Assembly (NCBI GenBank): GCA_036785375.1
Contig: JAWMAR010000399.1
Span: 806,001 to 870,000 of the forward strand
Length of the DNA stretch: 64,000 bases
Reading direction: 5' to 3'
Source: Leucoraja ocellata
Taxonomy: Eukaryota
The notes below the pieces were generated by a model. The model was not told the DNA's origin. It worked only from the letters and a program-made list of their open reading frames with translations, and did not search any database. A program made the translations under genes and the position numbers. Shown one piece after another: positions 12,731 through 25,385 of this stretch (position 1 is the stretch's first letter; every line of letters begins with the position of its first letter).

Positions 12731-13190
12731 CTACAAAGACTACAAAAAGTAGTAAACACTGCCCAGTCCATCATCGGCTCTGACCTCCCTACCATCGAGG
12801 GGATCTATCGCAGTCGCTGCCTCAAAAAGGCTGGCAGTATCATCAAGGACCCACACCATCCTGGCCACACACTCATCTCCCCGCTACCTTCAGGTAGAAG
12901 GTACAGGAGCCTGAAGACTGCAACGTCCAGGTTCAGAAACAGCTTCTTCCCTACAGCCATCAGGCTATTCAACTCAATTCAAACAAAACTCTGAACATTA
13001 ATAGCTCATTATCTGTTTATTTTCACTTTATCTGTTTTATTTATTCATGTGTGTATATATTTATACAATGGTGTATGGACACACTGATCTGTTCTGTATT
13101 CATGCCTTCTATCTGTTGTGCTGAAGCAAAGCAATAATGTAATTGTCCTATCTGGGACACATGACAATAAACTCTCTTGAATCTTGAATC
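12731..13190 (+). mobile_element. Rex1/Babar-like LINE 3' end
   Basis: LQRLQKVVNTAQSIIGSDLPTIEGIYRSRCLKKAGSIIKDPHHPGHTLISPLPSGRRYRSLKTATSRFRNSFFPTAIRLFN (DUF1891-type C-terminus); (CTTGAAT)n tail. Confidence 0.8.
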
Positions 13191-13393
13191 ACTCACAAGA
13201 AGATCATGTGATTGTGCTGTCGGGAGGGGGGGAGAGCAGAGAAGATTCACCACAAGCTTTGCTTCATTGGAGGGAATTAGTTCTGATATAATTTCTTGAA
13301 TGGCCCTCTGTCTTCCTTCCTCTTGCACGCCTCGCTTTGACCTTGTCTTTCTCTCTCCCACACCTATGTCTCCTTCCCTCTATCCCATCCCAG

Positions 13394-13561
13394 CGGATGA
13401 GTGGGTTCCAGCTCATCAAGGGTTAACTGAACGCAACAGCATCATGATCCGCAACCTGCCAACGGGAGAGAAGCTGCATTTCCGGGTGAGAGCGGTTAAC
13501 ATGGCGGGACCAAGCGAGCCCGCAACTCTGGCCCAGCCCGTTACCATCAGAGAGATTGTTC
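13394..13561 (+). CDS. MYBPC3: MYBPC3 exon (C7; ~human exon 27)
   Basis: cccag|CG..GTTC|gtgagt, 168 nt; [56 protein letters not shown]. Confidence 0.95.
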
Positions 13562-14430
13562 GTGAGTATCTGTCCGGGCCATGCCCCTCACCTGGCCACG
13601 CCTCTCATCCGGCAACACCCCCCTCACCTGGCAACATCCCATCACCTGGCAACACCCCCCCCCCCACTCATTCTTCGGAATGGTCAGATCCACTAAATGA
13701 GGAAGCTGCAGATGCTGGAAATCTGAGATAAAAACAGAAAATACTGGAGATACTGCAAACAAGCATGTAGGGAGTTTCTGTGGAGGGGAGAAGGTTAGCA
13801 GCTCGTCAGTGGTTAAAAAACAACTTTTTAGAAAACTCCTTGATCACCCTTGTGACCAAACAATGAATTGGAACATAATGTTAATGTATTTCCCTCTCTA
13901 CAGACGTTACTCGACCTGCTGACAGTGTCCAGTTACCTGTTTCTTTGCTGCTCCTATGTCATGTGTTGGAGGGTGGTCTAATTCTCATATGTATCACAAC
14001 TGAACTGTGAGATTCAGGTCTGCTGCAGCATTTACAGCCCATTAATGGAACAAATAAGTATACAATAACACAATAAATATCAGGTATATTCAGTAACCAG
14101 AGCATGATAGTGCAAGCCGAAGTATAGTGTGCAATCCATAAACAAAGTCCATAGTACTTTAGTGCTGAGGTAAAGGTAGGGTTGTGGCTAGACTTGTTCA
14201 CTATGGTTCAAGAACCTAATGGTTAATGGGGAGAAGCTGTCCTGGCTCCTGTATTTTCTCCCCAGTGTTGGTAGCAAGATGAGAACGTAGTCTGGGTGGT
14301 GTGGGTCTTTGATGATATTAGCTGCTTGCTGACGCAGTGCTTCCTGTGATGGTGGGAAAGTCAGTACTCATGATGAACCGCGCACTGTGTGCTACTTTCT
14401 GCAGCCTCCTTTGTTCTTGGGTGTTTGAAT

Positions 14431-14823
14431 CAAAGATCCTATAGCGAGCAAGATAGATCGCTCGACGAAAAAGACGTAGTACGGTCATAGGTAATCTTTG
14501 GCCCCATTTCCGTAACCGGCTTCCGCCTCCACACCAAAGATCCAGTAGGATACTAGTGCGGTGACGGAAGCCGGTTACGGAAATATCCTCGTAAAAATAA
14601 AAGTTCTTTGGTAAAAATCTTCTCCTCATTTTCAGAATTATAATTTATTAACACAAACTGTTCCCCCGCAAAGTTGATTACACTGCGAGTCGGGTCGGGT
14701 CGGGTCGGGTCGGGTTACTGAAATGGATGAAAAAAAGTCCCACGTTCCGCTCCATTGCATACTACACGTCAGTCCATTGCATTTAGCAGGAGTGGTCTAT
14801 CTTGCTCCGCTATAGAATCTTTG
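14431..14823. mobile_element. Non-autonomous DNA transposon with 8-bp TSD (P- or hAT-type), nested in a Rex1-like fragment
   Basis: GTTTGAAT|caaagatcctatagcgagcaagataga..tctatcttgctccgctatagaatctttg|GTTTGAAT. Confidence 0.85.
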
Positions 14824-15499
14824 GTTTGAATCACTGCTCCACCCAGTCAGTCTGCTCTTCACCACACACCTGTAGAAGAGCGAGAGTATTTGGCAATTTG
14901 CCAAATGTCCTCAAAACATCTGAGGAAGTAGAGGGAGCACAGACTGGCATCTGACTTAAGGGGCTGTCCCACTCTTCCGAGTTATTCACAAATTCTCCTG
15001 AGTTATTCACGAATTCTCCCGAGTTTTCAAACTCGCAGAATGTTCGTAACAAGTCCGTAGGAGTCCGTGGATATATCGTAGCGGCTCGTTATGCCAGCCG
15101 CAGGTACTCAGGTCATCACGTAAGTCGGGACGTTTTTCCAGCCTGATGAAAAATGTCCACGAGTAAAAAAATAGCCCCGAGTACCTACGACCTCTCTGCA
15201 TCTCTCCCAAATTCAACTTAAAAAGGTCTAGAGGCACCAAAGATTTTGACTGTGGTTCAAGCAACAGTATCAGCAGGATCTTTCCTGTAACTCACCATCT
15301 CCCAGCAACAGCTGATGTCACTGGAGAGCTCCTGTTGAGCTTCTTGCAGCTGCTAGCACTCGGCTGCAGCCTCACCCGCCAGCCCTTAAAGGGACATGCA
15401 CGATGCTGTCAGCATTCTCCCAGCTACTGGAGACTGATGGTCCTTTCAGCAGCGAATCCAAGGGCAGGGAGCTCCACCCCACAGTCACCGACAGAGGCG

Positions 15500-16150
15500 G
15501 TGGCAGTGAATGGCAGTGAAGAAAGCTAATAGCATGTTGGCCTTCATAACAAGTGAAGTTGAGTATAGGAGCAAAGAGGTCTTTCTGCAGTTGTATCGGG
15601 CCCTAGTAAGACCACACCTGGGGTATTGTGTGCAGTTTTGGTCTCCCAATTTCGGGAAGGACATTCTTGCTTTTGAGGGAGTGCAGCATAGGTTCACGAG
15701 ATTAATTACCAGGACTGTCATATGTTGAAAGAATGGAGCGACTGGGCTTGTATACACTGGAATTTAGAAAGATGAGAGGGGATCTTATTGAAACATATAA
15801 GATTATTAAGGGATTGGACACGCTAGAGTCGGGAAACATGTTCCCGATGTTGGGGGAATCCAGAACTAGTAGTCACAATTTAAGAATAAAGGGTAGGCCA
15901 TTTAGAATGGAGATGAGGAAAAACGTTTTCACCCAGAGAGTTGTGAATCTGTGGAATTCTCTGCCTCAGGAGGCGGTGGAGGCCAATTCTCTGAATGCTT
16001 TCAAGAGCGAGTTAGATAGAGATAGGGATATGGGGTGAAGGCAGGAACGGGGTACTGAATGTGGATGATTAGCCATGATCACAGTGAATGACATTGCTGG
16101 CTTGAAGGGCCGAATGGCCTCCTCCTGCACCTATTGTCTATTGTCTATTG
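15500..16150 (+). mobile_element. CR1 LINE 3' fragment
   Basis: LYRALVRPHLGYCVQFWSP..GLYTLEFRKMRGDLIETYKII; (CTATTGT)n tail. Confidence 0.9.
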
Positions 16151-17309
16151 CAAGGAGCGGTTGGTGGATTGCTGGACAGACACTCTGCGCCCAGGATCAG
16201 GCCACAGAGACTAGGGTCGCTGTCAATGCCCATCAGCCCAACTCAAGGGTAGCTTAGTTTATTTTATTTTAGAGATACAGCGCGGAAACAGGCCCTTCGG
16301 CCCACCAAGTCTGCACCAACCAGTGATCCCTGCACGTAAACACTATCCTACACACTTGTACATCTTTGGAGTGTGGGAGGAAACCGAAGATCTTGGATAA
16401 AACCCACGCAGGTCACATGGAGACCGTATAAACTCAGTACAGACAAGCACCCGTAGCCAGGATTGAACCCGGGAATCTGGCGCTGTAAGGCAGTAGCCCA
16501 ACCACTGCGCCACCGAGCCGCCTGTAGCTGTTGAGAAATTAATTAATAGTACTATGGGGCTTTCGACAAGACTTTCTCTTCCTGACTCTCGTGCGGAGGC
16601 AGCGAAGGGTGAGCTTAAGAGTGAGATCAGTGCTGGCATGTTTTACAATTCATGGTGAAGTTGCCTGGGGAATGTTTTCTGGGCAAGGGGACACCAGCCC
16701 CCATGTCCCGTCCCCACCCCCTCCTTGCATTCATTGCACCAGTTCACCAGAGGTACAAGCACTGGTTCCTTCACCCCAGGTATAAGACACACCTGAGCCT
16801 GGCCTGAGGGTTTCTAGATCAGAATAGAGACATTAATCCTCACTATTTACAGTGGGCAGCACTGGAGACAGTTGGCAGGTTAGGCAACGTCTGTGGAACA
16901 AGAAGCAGTGTGTTTCAAGGTGGAATATCCTTCGTCAGATTGATAGGCAGACCTGGAACAATGAACCTGGAACTTCTCACTCCAAATCTGACCTGCAAAT
17001 GTTTCCAGTGCTCTGTGTGTTTATATGCACAAATAGCTGATTCAGCGGGTCGGACAGCATCTTTCTTCACACCGAGAGTCAGTCCCCTTTCCCCTGACTC
17101 TCAGTCTGAAGCAGTGTCTCGACCCGAAACGTCACCTATTCCTTCTCTGGAGATGCCGTCTGACCCGCTGAGTTACTCCAGCTTTTTGTGTCGATCTTCG
17201 ATTTCAACCATCATCTGCAGTTCCTTCCGACACTCTCTGTCTTTATGTCGGGTTTCCAGTGGCTGCAGCGTTCCTCCTGGGCAAGTTTTAACCCGTCTCT
17301 TCCTTCCAG

Positions 17310-17398
17310 AGCGGCCCAAGATCTGTCTCCCCCGAGCTCTACGACAGAAACTGGTGAAGGTGGTGGGAGAGACCATCAACCTCATGATCCCCTTTCAG
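17310..17398 (+). CDS. MYBPC3: MYBPC3 exon (Ig C8 start; ~human exon 28)
   Basis: ttccag|AG..TTTCAG|gtgagt, 89 nt; QRPKICLPRALRQKLVKVVGETINLMIPFQ. Confidence 0.95.
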
Positions 17399-17742
17399 GT
17401 GAGTGAGGCGAGGGTAGTGAGAGAGGAGGCAACGTGTGGGAGCGGAGAGGAGGAGGGTGGATGGAGGGGGGAGGTGGAAGGAGTGGGTAATCTTGTTACA
17501 TGGGGTGGGAGAGAGTTAGTATGGGCAGGAGCAGCATGGGGAAGAGTGGGCAAGTTAGTGATGTGTGGACATTAGCCCTGGAAACCTGCCCCACACTGCA
17601 TCCCATCTGCAGCCCAGGGATTTCCGTGAGACACAGTCCGTTTTTACTGCCCAGTAGGACCAGCACCAGGTTTATGTCTGCAAGCCTCCACTGATCTACA
17701 CTCTTCACTGTGCACAGTGAGCGACAGAGATAGCTGCCTTAA

Positions 17743-18058
17743 AACCCTGTCCCACTGTGCGAGTTCTTTCAAGAGTTCTCCCGAGTTTGCCCTGATTCGA
17801 AATTGGAGATTTACGGTAATGGCCGCTCGTAGGTACTCGGGGCTCTCGTGGACATTTTTCAACATGTTGAAAAATCTTCACGAGTCTTCCCGAGCTTACT
17901 GCGTTTCCCGATAACCTGCCGTTAGCATTACAAGTCGCTAAGAGACGTCCCCGAGTTCCGACGTACCCGCTACGTTCATTCTACGTGCTTCCACGAGTCT
18001 GATTGTTTTTTGAAACTCGGGAGAGCTCTTGAATGAACTCGTACAGTGGGACAGGGCT
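17743..18058. mobile_element. PIF/Harbinger-type MITE
   Basis: ccctgtcccactgt..acagtgggacagggct; reverse orientation relative to 4298-4603. Confidence 0.8.
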
Positions 18059-18216
18059 ATTAGCCTCAGGACTGCCTGCTTCCCCAGCACCTGGAGCATG
18101 GCAGAGCCACTGGCTGTGGACGAGAGGTGACCAGGGCCTGGGAACACCCACTGCTGAAAGTGGGCAGACGTGTTGCAGTGCACTTAGAGAAGAGTGAGGA
18201 AGGAGTGCCGTACTGT

Positions 18217-19175
18217 TTTTTTATTTATTTTTTATTTTTTTAAATTATACAAATAACTTTTATTCAAAAAATAAAAATAACCATACAGAGTATTAACACA
18301 ATCAAAGACTGCCTATGTTGACAGTTTGCAAACAAACGATCATCAAATTAATATAACGTCATAACGTGGGTCACCATTGTTATCCGTCCAACCTGCTGGC
18401 ACAGGTATTGCAACTCTCTACATATTCCAGGCAGGTAAACCTGCAGAGTGCGAGGTGAGTGCTGTGGTCGGATAGTACTGAGTGAGCGCCACTTTGTTTT
18501 TTATTATTTTTTTTTAATTATATTCAAAAATAAAATATATATATATATATATACAAATTAGCACAATCAAAGACTGCCTAAGTTGACAGTTTGCAAATAA
18601 TCGATCATCAAATGAACATAACGCCAACTTTATCAACAAAACACTCAAGCTCCTGCGGCGACCAGCGTTCACGGAAGGCCTCCAAAGTCCCTGTGGACAC
18701 CGTGTGTTCCCTTTCCAAGGACACGCGGGCACGGACGTAGGCCCAGAAAAGGGGCAGCAGTCATCACTGGTGTGGCCGTCGACAACCCGTGAATGGCCAT
18801 CTTGGCCAGGCCCAGGAACAAACTGAAAGGGAGACCCCCCCCCCCTCCCTCCTGAACTTCTCCCCTCTGTACCGGGTGCCCAAAATTCAGGAGTGTGGGG
18901 CTAAAATGTAGCCAAAACTCGAGGACCAGCCTCTTCAGATGCTCGAACAGAGGCTGCAACCTCTCACACTGCAAGTACAAATGGAACACGGTCTCTTCCT
19001 CGCCGCAGAAGTGACAGGCGGCTGGCGAGTCCGTGAACCGGCTCAAGTATCTGTTACAGGCCACAGCCATGTGCAGCACTCTCCACCCCAGGTCCCCGAT
19101 GTAAAGGGGGAGGACCCCCTGATAGAGAGACCTCCACTGAGGACCACCCCCGCCGTCAGGTGGTAACACGGTGGG
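18217..19175 (-). mobile_element. Tx1-like (L1 clade) LINE 3' portion with duplicated 3' end
   Basis: WRSLYQGVLPLYIGDLGWRVLH..CHFCGEEETVFHLYLQC (CCHC zinc knuckle); two poly(A) tails; flanks gccgtactgt / gccgcactgt. Confidence 0.8.
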
Positions 19176-19794
19176 GCCGCACTGTGGAAAAGTGGGAGAA
19201 GGTGAAGTCTTGCTGGTCGTTGAGTGAATGGAAGGGAGCAGAATGTGTGAAATTGTGAGGATATCCACTCGGATGAACACAACGGACAAGCAGAGTATTT
19301 GTGAAATGAGTCATTTGGAAGCGTTGACGTTGGGAATGTGGACATGGATACATTGTGATTAGGAGGACAAATTATAGGTTAGCCTTTATCACGGGAGAGT
19401 TTGGCAGGGAAAGCTAAATGTAGTATTGGGTCTTTCTGAGGCCGCAGGTAAGTATTATACACGGCTGTTATTTCCGCTATGAAGATACAATGCGCATGGT
19501 AGCTGTCACACCTGGACTCGCATCCATTCCCCTCCTCCCCTTCCACCTATATTCCCTCCTTTTCCATCTTTATTTCACACCTTCTGCCTTTTCATCTCTA
19601 GCCTTTGTCCAACCAGCTGCCTATCGAAAACCTCCCCCACCTGTATCCACCTATCACTTGCCAGGCTTTGTTATGCATGAGCTTTCTCACCTCCACCCCG
19701 GTCAGTCTGACGAAGAGTCTGGCCCAAAACATCACCTATCCACATTCTCCAGAGATGCTGCCTGACCCGCTGAGTTACTTTTTCATTTATTTTG

Positions 19795-20437
19795 AGTTAC
19801 TAATTCATAGCAAAAGGATTTGAGTATAGGAGCAGGGAGGTTCTACTGTTGTACAGGGTCTTGGTGAGACCACACCTGGAGTATTGCGTACAGTTTTGGT
19901 CTCCAAATCTGAAGAAGGACATTATTGCCATAGAGGGAGTGCAGAGAAGGTTCACCAGACTGATTGCTGTGATGTCAGGACTGTCTTATGAAGAAAGACT
20001 GGATAGACTTGGTTTATACTCTCTAGAATTTAGGAGATTGAGAGGGGATCTTATAGAAACTTACAAAATTCTTGAGGGGTTGGACAGGCTAGATGCAGGA
20101 AGATTGCTCCCGATGTTGGGGAAGTCCAGGACAAGGGGTCACAGCTTAAGAATAAGGGGGAAATCCTTTAAAACCGAGATGAGAAGAACTTTGTTCACAC
20201 AGAGAGTGGTGAATCTCTGGAACGTTCTGCCGCGGAGGGTAGTCGAGGCCAGTTCATTGGCTATATTTAAGAGGGAGTTAGATGTGGCCCTTGTGGCTAA
20301 GGGGATCAGAGGGTGTGGAGAGAAGGCAGGTACGGGATACTGAGTTGGATGATCAGCCATGATCATATTGAATGGCGGTGCAGGCTCGAAGGGCCGAATG
20401 GCCTACTCCTGCACCTAATTTCTATGTTTCTATGTTT
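19795..20437 (+). mobile_element. CR1 LINE 3' fragment
   Basis: 164-aa ORF YRVLVRPHLEYCVQFWSP..; (TTTCTATG)n tail. Confidence 0.9.
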
Positions 20438-21092
20438 CAGTACTTTGTCTTTTTTTTGTAAACCAGTATCTACAGTTCCTTGTGCCTACAGTGACAATTC
20501 ACTAAATTGGTTTCTGGGATGGCAAATGTGCAGTGTGAGGAATGGAATACTCTGGAATTGCATTCATGAGGTTTTAGAAGCTGGAGAGAAGGTCTCTTTA
20601 AAATGTATAAGATTGTTAAAAGGCTGAACTGGGTAAAATGCAAAGAGGATGTTTCCACTGACTGAGGAACACAGAAGCAAGAGGCTGAGTTTGAGAGAAA
20701 GCTGCAGGTGTTGGGGAAATTCTTTGACTCGGAGTGATGAAGGTTTGGAATTTTCAGCCTAGAGGAGTGCTAAGGCTCAGTCACCCAGTTTAAAACTTAA
20801 AGATTGATGGATGTCTAAATATTGAAGGAATCTAGGAATCTATGGTGATTGCGCTAGAAATTGGTGTTAAGGTTGGAGATCAACTGTAATCCTGATGAGT
20901 GATGGTGCAAGTTTAGATTGAGTGGATCTCTCCTAAAGCCAGAGGATGTGGAAAGTATTTATCCGGTGGTATTGGATCCTGTTGGTATGCAGACTGGTTG
21001 CTATGTTTCTATACTGCTCGTCCACCTCTGCCTCTCTCTCTGCAGACTCAGTGAGTTTCCATGGCTGAAGATAGACACACAAAGCTCGATTA

Positions 21093-21317
21093 AGCCCCTG
21101 TCCCACTTAGGAACCTGAACGGAAACATCTGGAGACTTTGCGCCCCACCCAAGGTTTCCGTGCGGTTCCCGGAGGTTTTTGTCAGTCTCCCTACCTGCTT
21201 CCACTACCTGCAACCTCCGGCAACCACCTGCAACCTCCGGGAACCGCACAGAACCCTTGGGTGGGGCACAAAGTCTCCAGAGGTTTCCGTTCAGGTTTCC
21301 TAAGTGGGACAGGGGCA
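21093..21317. mobile_element. Palindromic PIF/Harbinger MITE nested in a Penelope-derived short repeat
   Basis: gcccctgtcccacttagg..cctaagtgggacaggggca|TAA; host repeat resumes at taactcagcggg; sister copy at 56455-56680. Confidence 0.85.
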
Positions 21318-21621
21318 TAACTCAGCGGGACAGGCAGCATTTCTGGAGAGAAGGAATGGGTGGCGTTTCGGGTCGGGACCCTTCTTAAGGAAGGGACATG
21401 ACCCAAAATGTCACCCATTCCTTCTTGAAGAAGGGTCTAGACCGGAAACATCACCCATGCCCTCTCTCCAGAGATGTTGCCTGTCCTGCAGAGTTACTTC
21501 AACATTTTGTGTCTACCTTTAGTGTAAACCCGCATTTGCAGTTCCATCCTATGTCATTTTCATGGCCCCCTGGTTTACAGACTGGAATTTGAAGCTCTAA
21601 CAATGACTTGTCTACTTGCAG

Positions 21622-21817
21622 GGCAAGCCCAGGCCAAAGGTCACGTGGCTGAAGGATGAGCAGCCTCTGGACTCCCAGACCATCAGCCTCCGCAACAGCG
21701 ACAGCGACACCGTTCTGTTTGTCCGCATGGCTCAGCGCCAACACTCGGGCACCTACCAGCTGGAGGTGCAGATCGAAAACACCCAGGACAGAGCCAGCAT
21801 CCAGATCCAGGTCATAG
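21622..21817 (+). CDS. MYBPC3: MYBPC3 exon (C8; ~human exon 29)
   Basis: tgcag|GGC..ATAG|gtacgt, 196 nt; GKPRPKVTWLKDEQPLDSQTISLRNSDSDTVLFVRMAQRQHSGTYQLEVQIENTQDRASIQIQVI. Confidence 0.95.
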
Positions 21818-22336
21818 GTACGTGAGTACTGATGCTCCTTCCACTTCATGGTCCCTTCAAACACCAGGACCAGTAGCCAACCTCTCTCCTTATTCCAGGG
21901 CACCAGCCTTCCACTCACTACCCCTTACAAATGGACCAAATGGTCTCCTTTTCTGCGCCATACAACTTTACCTCTTTCTCTGTCCTCTCCATGACCCATG
22001 TACATGGAACCCATATTCAACAGCAATTTGTGACAGATGTCAAACGTGGACATCTAGTCCAGTGCACGCTGCAGCCAGGCTTCACCTTACTATGTGATAT
22101 CTGACAGTAATCATTTTCAGGCAATCCCCTCCGGTCCACGACTCTCCGACCATGGCTCTCTATCTTTCCATCGACCTACACTCCATGGAATGCCATCCCT
22201 GCTTTGCATAACCTCGTCTTGTTATTTCACCCCTGGGGACCAGCGTCAATTCAGAAATCCACACCAGGCTTTGTCAAGGTTCATCTGTCCACCCTGAGGG
22301 ACGTAGGTGCACTAGGTGTGTCCTCACCAGGGCAGA

Positions 22337-22589
22337 GCAGAGCCCAGTGCAGAGCCCAGTGCAGAGCCCAGTGCAGAGCCCAGTGTGGAGCCCAGTGCGG
22401 AGCCCAGAGCGGAGCCCAGTGCGGAGCCCAGTACACAGCCCAGTGCAGAGCCCAGAGCGGAGCCCAGTGCGGAGCCCAGTGCGGAGCCCAGTGCGGAGCC
22501 CAGAGCGGAGCCCAGTGCGGAGCCCAGTGCGGAGCCCAGTACACAGCCCAGTGCAGAGCCCAGTGCAGAGCCCAGTGCAGAGCCCAGTA
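22337..22589. repeat. 12-bp minisatellite (cagagcccagtg / cggagcccagtg), ~21 copies
   Basis: Direct reading; produces 4-aa-periodic ORFs. Confidence 0.95.
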
Positions 22590-24152
22590 CATATCAGTCT
22601 GGGTGGAAAGGGCAAACTTCCATCAGCTGTTTTGATCATTTCCTCCAGCTGTGTTCAGTGGGTTGGCATACACACAATGGGCCGAATGGCCTGCTTTCTG
22701 TGTCATACATTTCCAAAAAATTTTCTTTGACTCTCCGTAATCCATGCACATGGAACTCTTGTCCCTTAACTTTCCCAGTTTCCCAGTGTCTATATCCTGC
22801 AGAAGGATCTCTGTTGTAAATCACAGCCAGATGTTCCTCGGCACTTCCTGGGATTTTCTGGGGGCAAGGATGCCTAGGTCTAGGTGGAGATCCCAGTGTC
22901 CCAGGAGATGTCCCTATCATGGGGAGGGCAGTTTTCATCCTGCAGTGTAAGAGGGGCGATCTCTACCTTTCGAGCTTCCTCAGCCTTGGCTACAAGACCT
23001 TTCCCCAGCCCTGTCCACCTGGCAGAGCTCTTTGCTGGCTCTAGTGCTGCACCCTGACCAACCCTTATAGCCCAAGCCAGTCTATTCACAACAACATCCA
23101 GCTGATCCTGGGCCTAATCCAACGTTCTCAAAGGGCTGTGTAGGAAGGAACTACAGATGCTGGTCTACACTGAAGATAGACAAAATGTTGAAGTAACTCA
23201 GCGGGACAGGCAGCATCACTGGAGAGAAGGAATGGGTGACATTTTGGGTCGAGACCCTTCTTCAGACTGAGTCAGGGGAGAGGGAAACTGGAGATATGGA
23301 TGGGTACAAAGAAAATGTAAGGTGTGAAAATGACAGATCAAAGCAGACGATGATGAAGGAAGTGTAGAATGGTTCACCGTTGGTTGAGGGGAAAGTGACA
23401 ATGAGGCATACAAACAGTGAAATTAATCAGGAGGACAGTGAAACTAGGGTGTGGAGGGGTGGAGAGAGAAGGAAAGCAAGGGTTACTTGTAGTTAGATAA
23501 ATCAAAACTCACACCTGGGTTGTAAGCTGGTTGGTCTGTCGGTTGCCTTACCTCTCTTGAACAGGAGAAGGTGCTCATCAGGATGGAACGCAAATGTCTT
23601 TATGGGATTTTGTGCACATTAAGACTGGCTGCATTTCCTGGCTTGGATCCGGCTTTTGTACACTGCTCCAGGGTGCATGGTGAAAATGGATAGGCACTTG
23701 ATGTCATCCCTTGGCTTTGGGATAGGAGAGCATCAGAAGTACATCTGCATGGGGCTGTTCCTGCATCTTTGGAAGGAGGAGGACAATGGGTCCGGGTCTG
23801 TGTGGACCAAGCATGGAAATCAGCCTCTCAGCTTGACAACATGCTCATAGTTCCCATTAATCCACGGAAGATGTCCCATTGGGTTTTTTTTGGCCACATG
23901 GGTGAATTCTTCCCAAGTGGAAGAATTGCTCTGGACTCCTGCTGGGGGTGCAATCCTTGCCAGGGGCGGGATCCTTGCCAGGGGTGATGACCCTGTTCAA
24001 ATGTAGCACCGTGCCTCTCCTCTATCTGGGAATCTACCCCTGCTTTTGCTGCAAACATCCAGAAGAAGCTGGTGTCAAGAGGAAACACTGTGGTTCCGAG
24101 TCTCAGCAGCCCCTTGCATTGCAACCTCCCCACTCTGCTGTTCTCTCCCCAG

Positions 24153-24292
24153 ATAAGCCAGGACCCCCTGTGAACGTCAAGGTGGTCGAGGTGTGGGGGT
24201 TGAATGTTGCACTAGTCTGGCAACCTCCCAGTGACAGCGGCAACAGTGAAATCACTGGCTACACCATTCAGAAGGCGGACAAGAAGACAATG
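24153..24292 (+). CDS. MYBPC3: MYBPC3 exon (FN3 C9; ~human exon 30)
   Basis: cccag|AT..ACAATG|gtacgt, 140 nt; [47 protein letters not shown]. Confidence 0.95.
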
Positions 24293-24684
24293 GTACGTAT
24301 GTGTATGCTGGTGAACAAGGGGGCACGTAAGTGTTTGGGCTGTGAAGCAGCAGAGTCCGCCCCTTGCTCTGGGACTCCTCTCCTCAGGCAAGGCTCGATC
24401 TGAGTTAAAGGCGCTCCAATTAAAGGCAGATTGGCCTTACTCTGGGGCTCCCATCAAGGAATAGATAGAATGACCAGAAGAGCGAGAATAGGACGGAAGA
24501 ATGAGCAGGAAGGAAGGAGGGACAAAGAGGGGGCCAGAGAGAGAGGCAGGAAAGGGGTGAGAGGAGGAGAGAGAGTGGATAAAGAGATAAAGGTAAAGAG
24601 AGGGAGTGAGAGAGAAAGAGGAGAGGAGTGTTTGTAAAGAGTGAACCGAGAAGAAAGGAAGATAAGAATAAAAGTATAAAGTAT

Positions 24685-25385
24685 CCTTTACTGTCATTCA
24701 AACTTTTGGTTTGCACAAAATTACATGCCTTGCAGTCATGACAGAGAATAAAATAACAGAACACACAATGAACACAGTTTACCATCCACCACAGTGAGTC
24801 TACCAGGCACCTCCTCACTGTGATGGAATGCAAAAGTCTTAAAGTCCTTGTCTCTCCCTTCCTTGTTCTCCCTCTGCGTTGAGGCGATCCAGGCTTTCGA
24901 TGTCGGGTGATGGTAAGTCCCGCGGCGGAATCCGCGCTCCGCGAACGGGCCGGTTCAAACTCCGCGGCCCGGGGCGGACAAAGCTGCCACCCTCCAGTCC
25001 AATGGACGAAGCTATTGTTGCGGGAGCTCCCGAGATTCGGTCGCCAACCTGGGACCTGCGAGCTCCCGACGTTGTCGTCCACTGGGCCCGCGGCCGAAGC
25101 CTCCGAGTCTCCGAAGTCAGCCAACTTCGCGATGGCCTCGAGGTCGGCCCCAGTCGGAGGCCGCCAGCTCCGTGATTAGGCCTCAGCGTAGACGGAGACG
25201 GAGACGGAGACGGAGATACAACAAAGAAGAGGTCGCATCCCCCCCAAGTTTCCCCCACCCCCCACACATACACAACTAAAAATAAACTAAAACATATGTC
25301 CAACAAGACAAAAGAAAAAGACAAACGGACTGCAGGCGAGCCGCAGCCGCAGCTGCTTGGGCAGCGCCCCCACTTCCGGAACGAG
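24685..25385. mobile_element. Unclassified CpG-rich interspersed repeat (probably a young retroelement derivative)
   Basis: Abrupt CpG-rich block inside a purine-rich intron; internal (GGAGAC)n; tttactgtcatt-type end also seen at ~37795. Confidence 0.4.

Noticed and set aside
22204-22819. Periodic ORFs or a CRISPR-like array
   Set aside because: Simple 12-bp minisatellite with no unique spacers, in eukaryotic intronic context.
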